Origin: Vitrella brassicaformis CCMP3155
Lineage: Eukaryota > Protista > Chromerida
Direction: 5' to 3'
Assembly: GCA_001179505.1 (NCBI GenBank)
Contig: CDMY01001010.1
Location: forward strand, 1-6,284
Length of the DNA stretch: 6,284 nt
Position 1 is the stretch's first letter; each line of letters opens with the position of its first letter. The notes beneath the pieces were generated by a model. The model searched no databases. It was given only the letters and a program-made list of their open reading frames with translations, and was not told the origin of the DNA. Both the position numbers and the translations under genes were made by a program. Shown here one piece after another: positions 5,882 to 6,284 of this stretch.

Positions 5882-6284
5882 CCGCTAGGTCACGCCGCCT
5901 CTGTTGCCAAAACAGCCAAACACAGCCGGACCCATAGCTTTGAGCTGGCCCTGGTCAAGCCTTTCTTGCCGTGTTGCTCGTCGATTGCTATCAAATCAAG
6001 TGAGATACAGTCGCACGAACCGCCCTCTCTCGCGTCAAATCGAACGTGGTCACACACCATCCATTCCTGACGCAACCACCCTCGTGCACATCCCTCACTG
6101 AAAGGTCCAATGTGGAGGTAGGTACCTCTGGACGTGCAGCCTCCACCAGCTTCCTGATGGCAAGACAGCTCAGCTTGCGGAGAAAGACAATATCGACAAG
6201 TATGGCCCTGCCACACAAGCAGCTGGCTTCCGGTTCGTGCCCCTCGCTGCGGAGACATTTGGCAGATGGGGAGAGAAGACGATG
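5882..6284 (+). pseudogene. Zinc-knuckle and restriction-like endonuclease (RLE) domain remnant of a CRE-like retrotransposon, truncated by the window edge
   Basis: 6162-6284 reads KTAQLAEKDNIDKYGPATQAAGFRFVPLAAETFGRWGEKTM, matching the RLE C-terminal pattern A..AE..K..KY......F.F.PL..ET.G.WG. Upstream frames give NVVTHHP (cf. DVTVxHP) and PLGHAAS..RTH (cf. D.LG.HA.SC...RH). Stops and frameshifts separate these blocks. Confidence 0.8.

Larger units (their letters stand above)
4009..6284 (+). mobile_element. Degenerate RLE-type non-LTR retrotransposon (CRE-like); 5' boundary uncertain, 3' end outside the window
   Basis: Plus-strand remnants appear in the expected order: RT motifs (4957-5440), a post-RT region (5550-5760), the knuckle-like PLGHAAS...RTH (5882-5935) and the endonuclease C-terminus (6040-6284). 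The sequence has multiple stops, frameshifts and an apparent internal deletion. Including 4009-4950 is a positional inference only. Confidence 0.6.

Overview
This is eukaryotic, GC-rich, intron-style sequence with GT-AG signals, CA/GT microsatellites and one 299-N assembly gap (2545-2843). The style suggests a protist such as a chromerid alveolate, but that is an inference only. No intact recognisable housekeeping gene, RNA gene or CRISPR array is visible. Two mobile elements dominate. (1) A nominally 2215-bp DNA transposon at 1161-3375 has 25-bp terminal inverted repeats (24/25 identical, starting CAGT), a TA target-site duplication and seven to eight copies of a 12-15-bp TIR-derived motif, which is the Tc1/mariner/pogo signature. 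No transposase is visible. It instead carries a minus-strand, apparently spliced gene for a highly charged low-complexity protein with (KGKA)x5 and an AT-hook-like motif. (2) A heavily decayed plus-strand non-LTR retrotransposon of the RLE type (CRE-like) shows colinear remnants of RT motifs (about 4957-5440), a zinc-knuckle region and a restriction-like endonuclease domain that runs off the right edge. Smaller structures include a 20-bp-period array of self-complementary units (240-428), a perfect 12-bp hairpin (665-694) and a perfect 22-bp palindrome (4557-4578).
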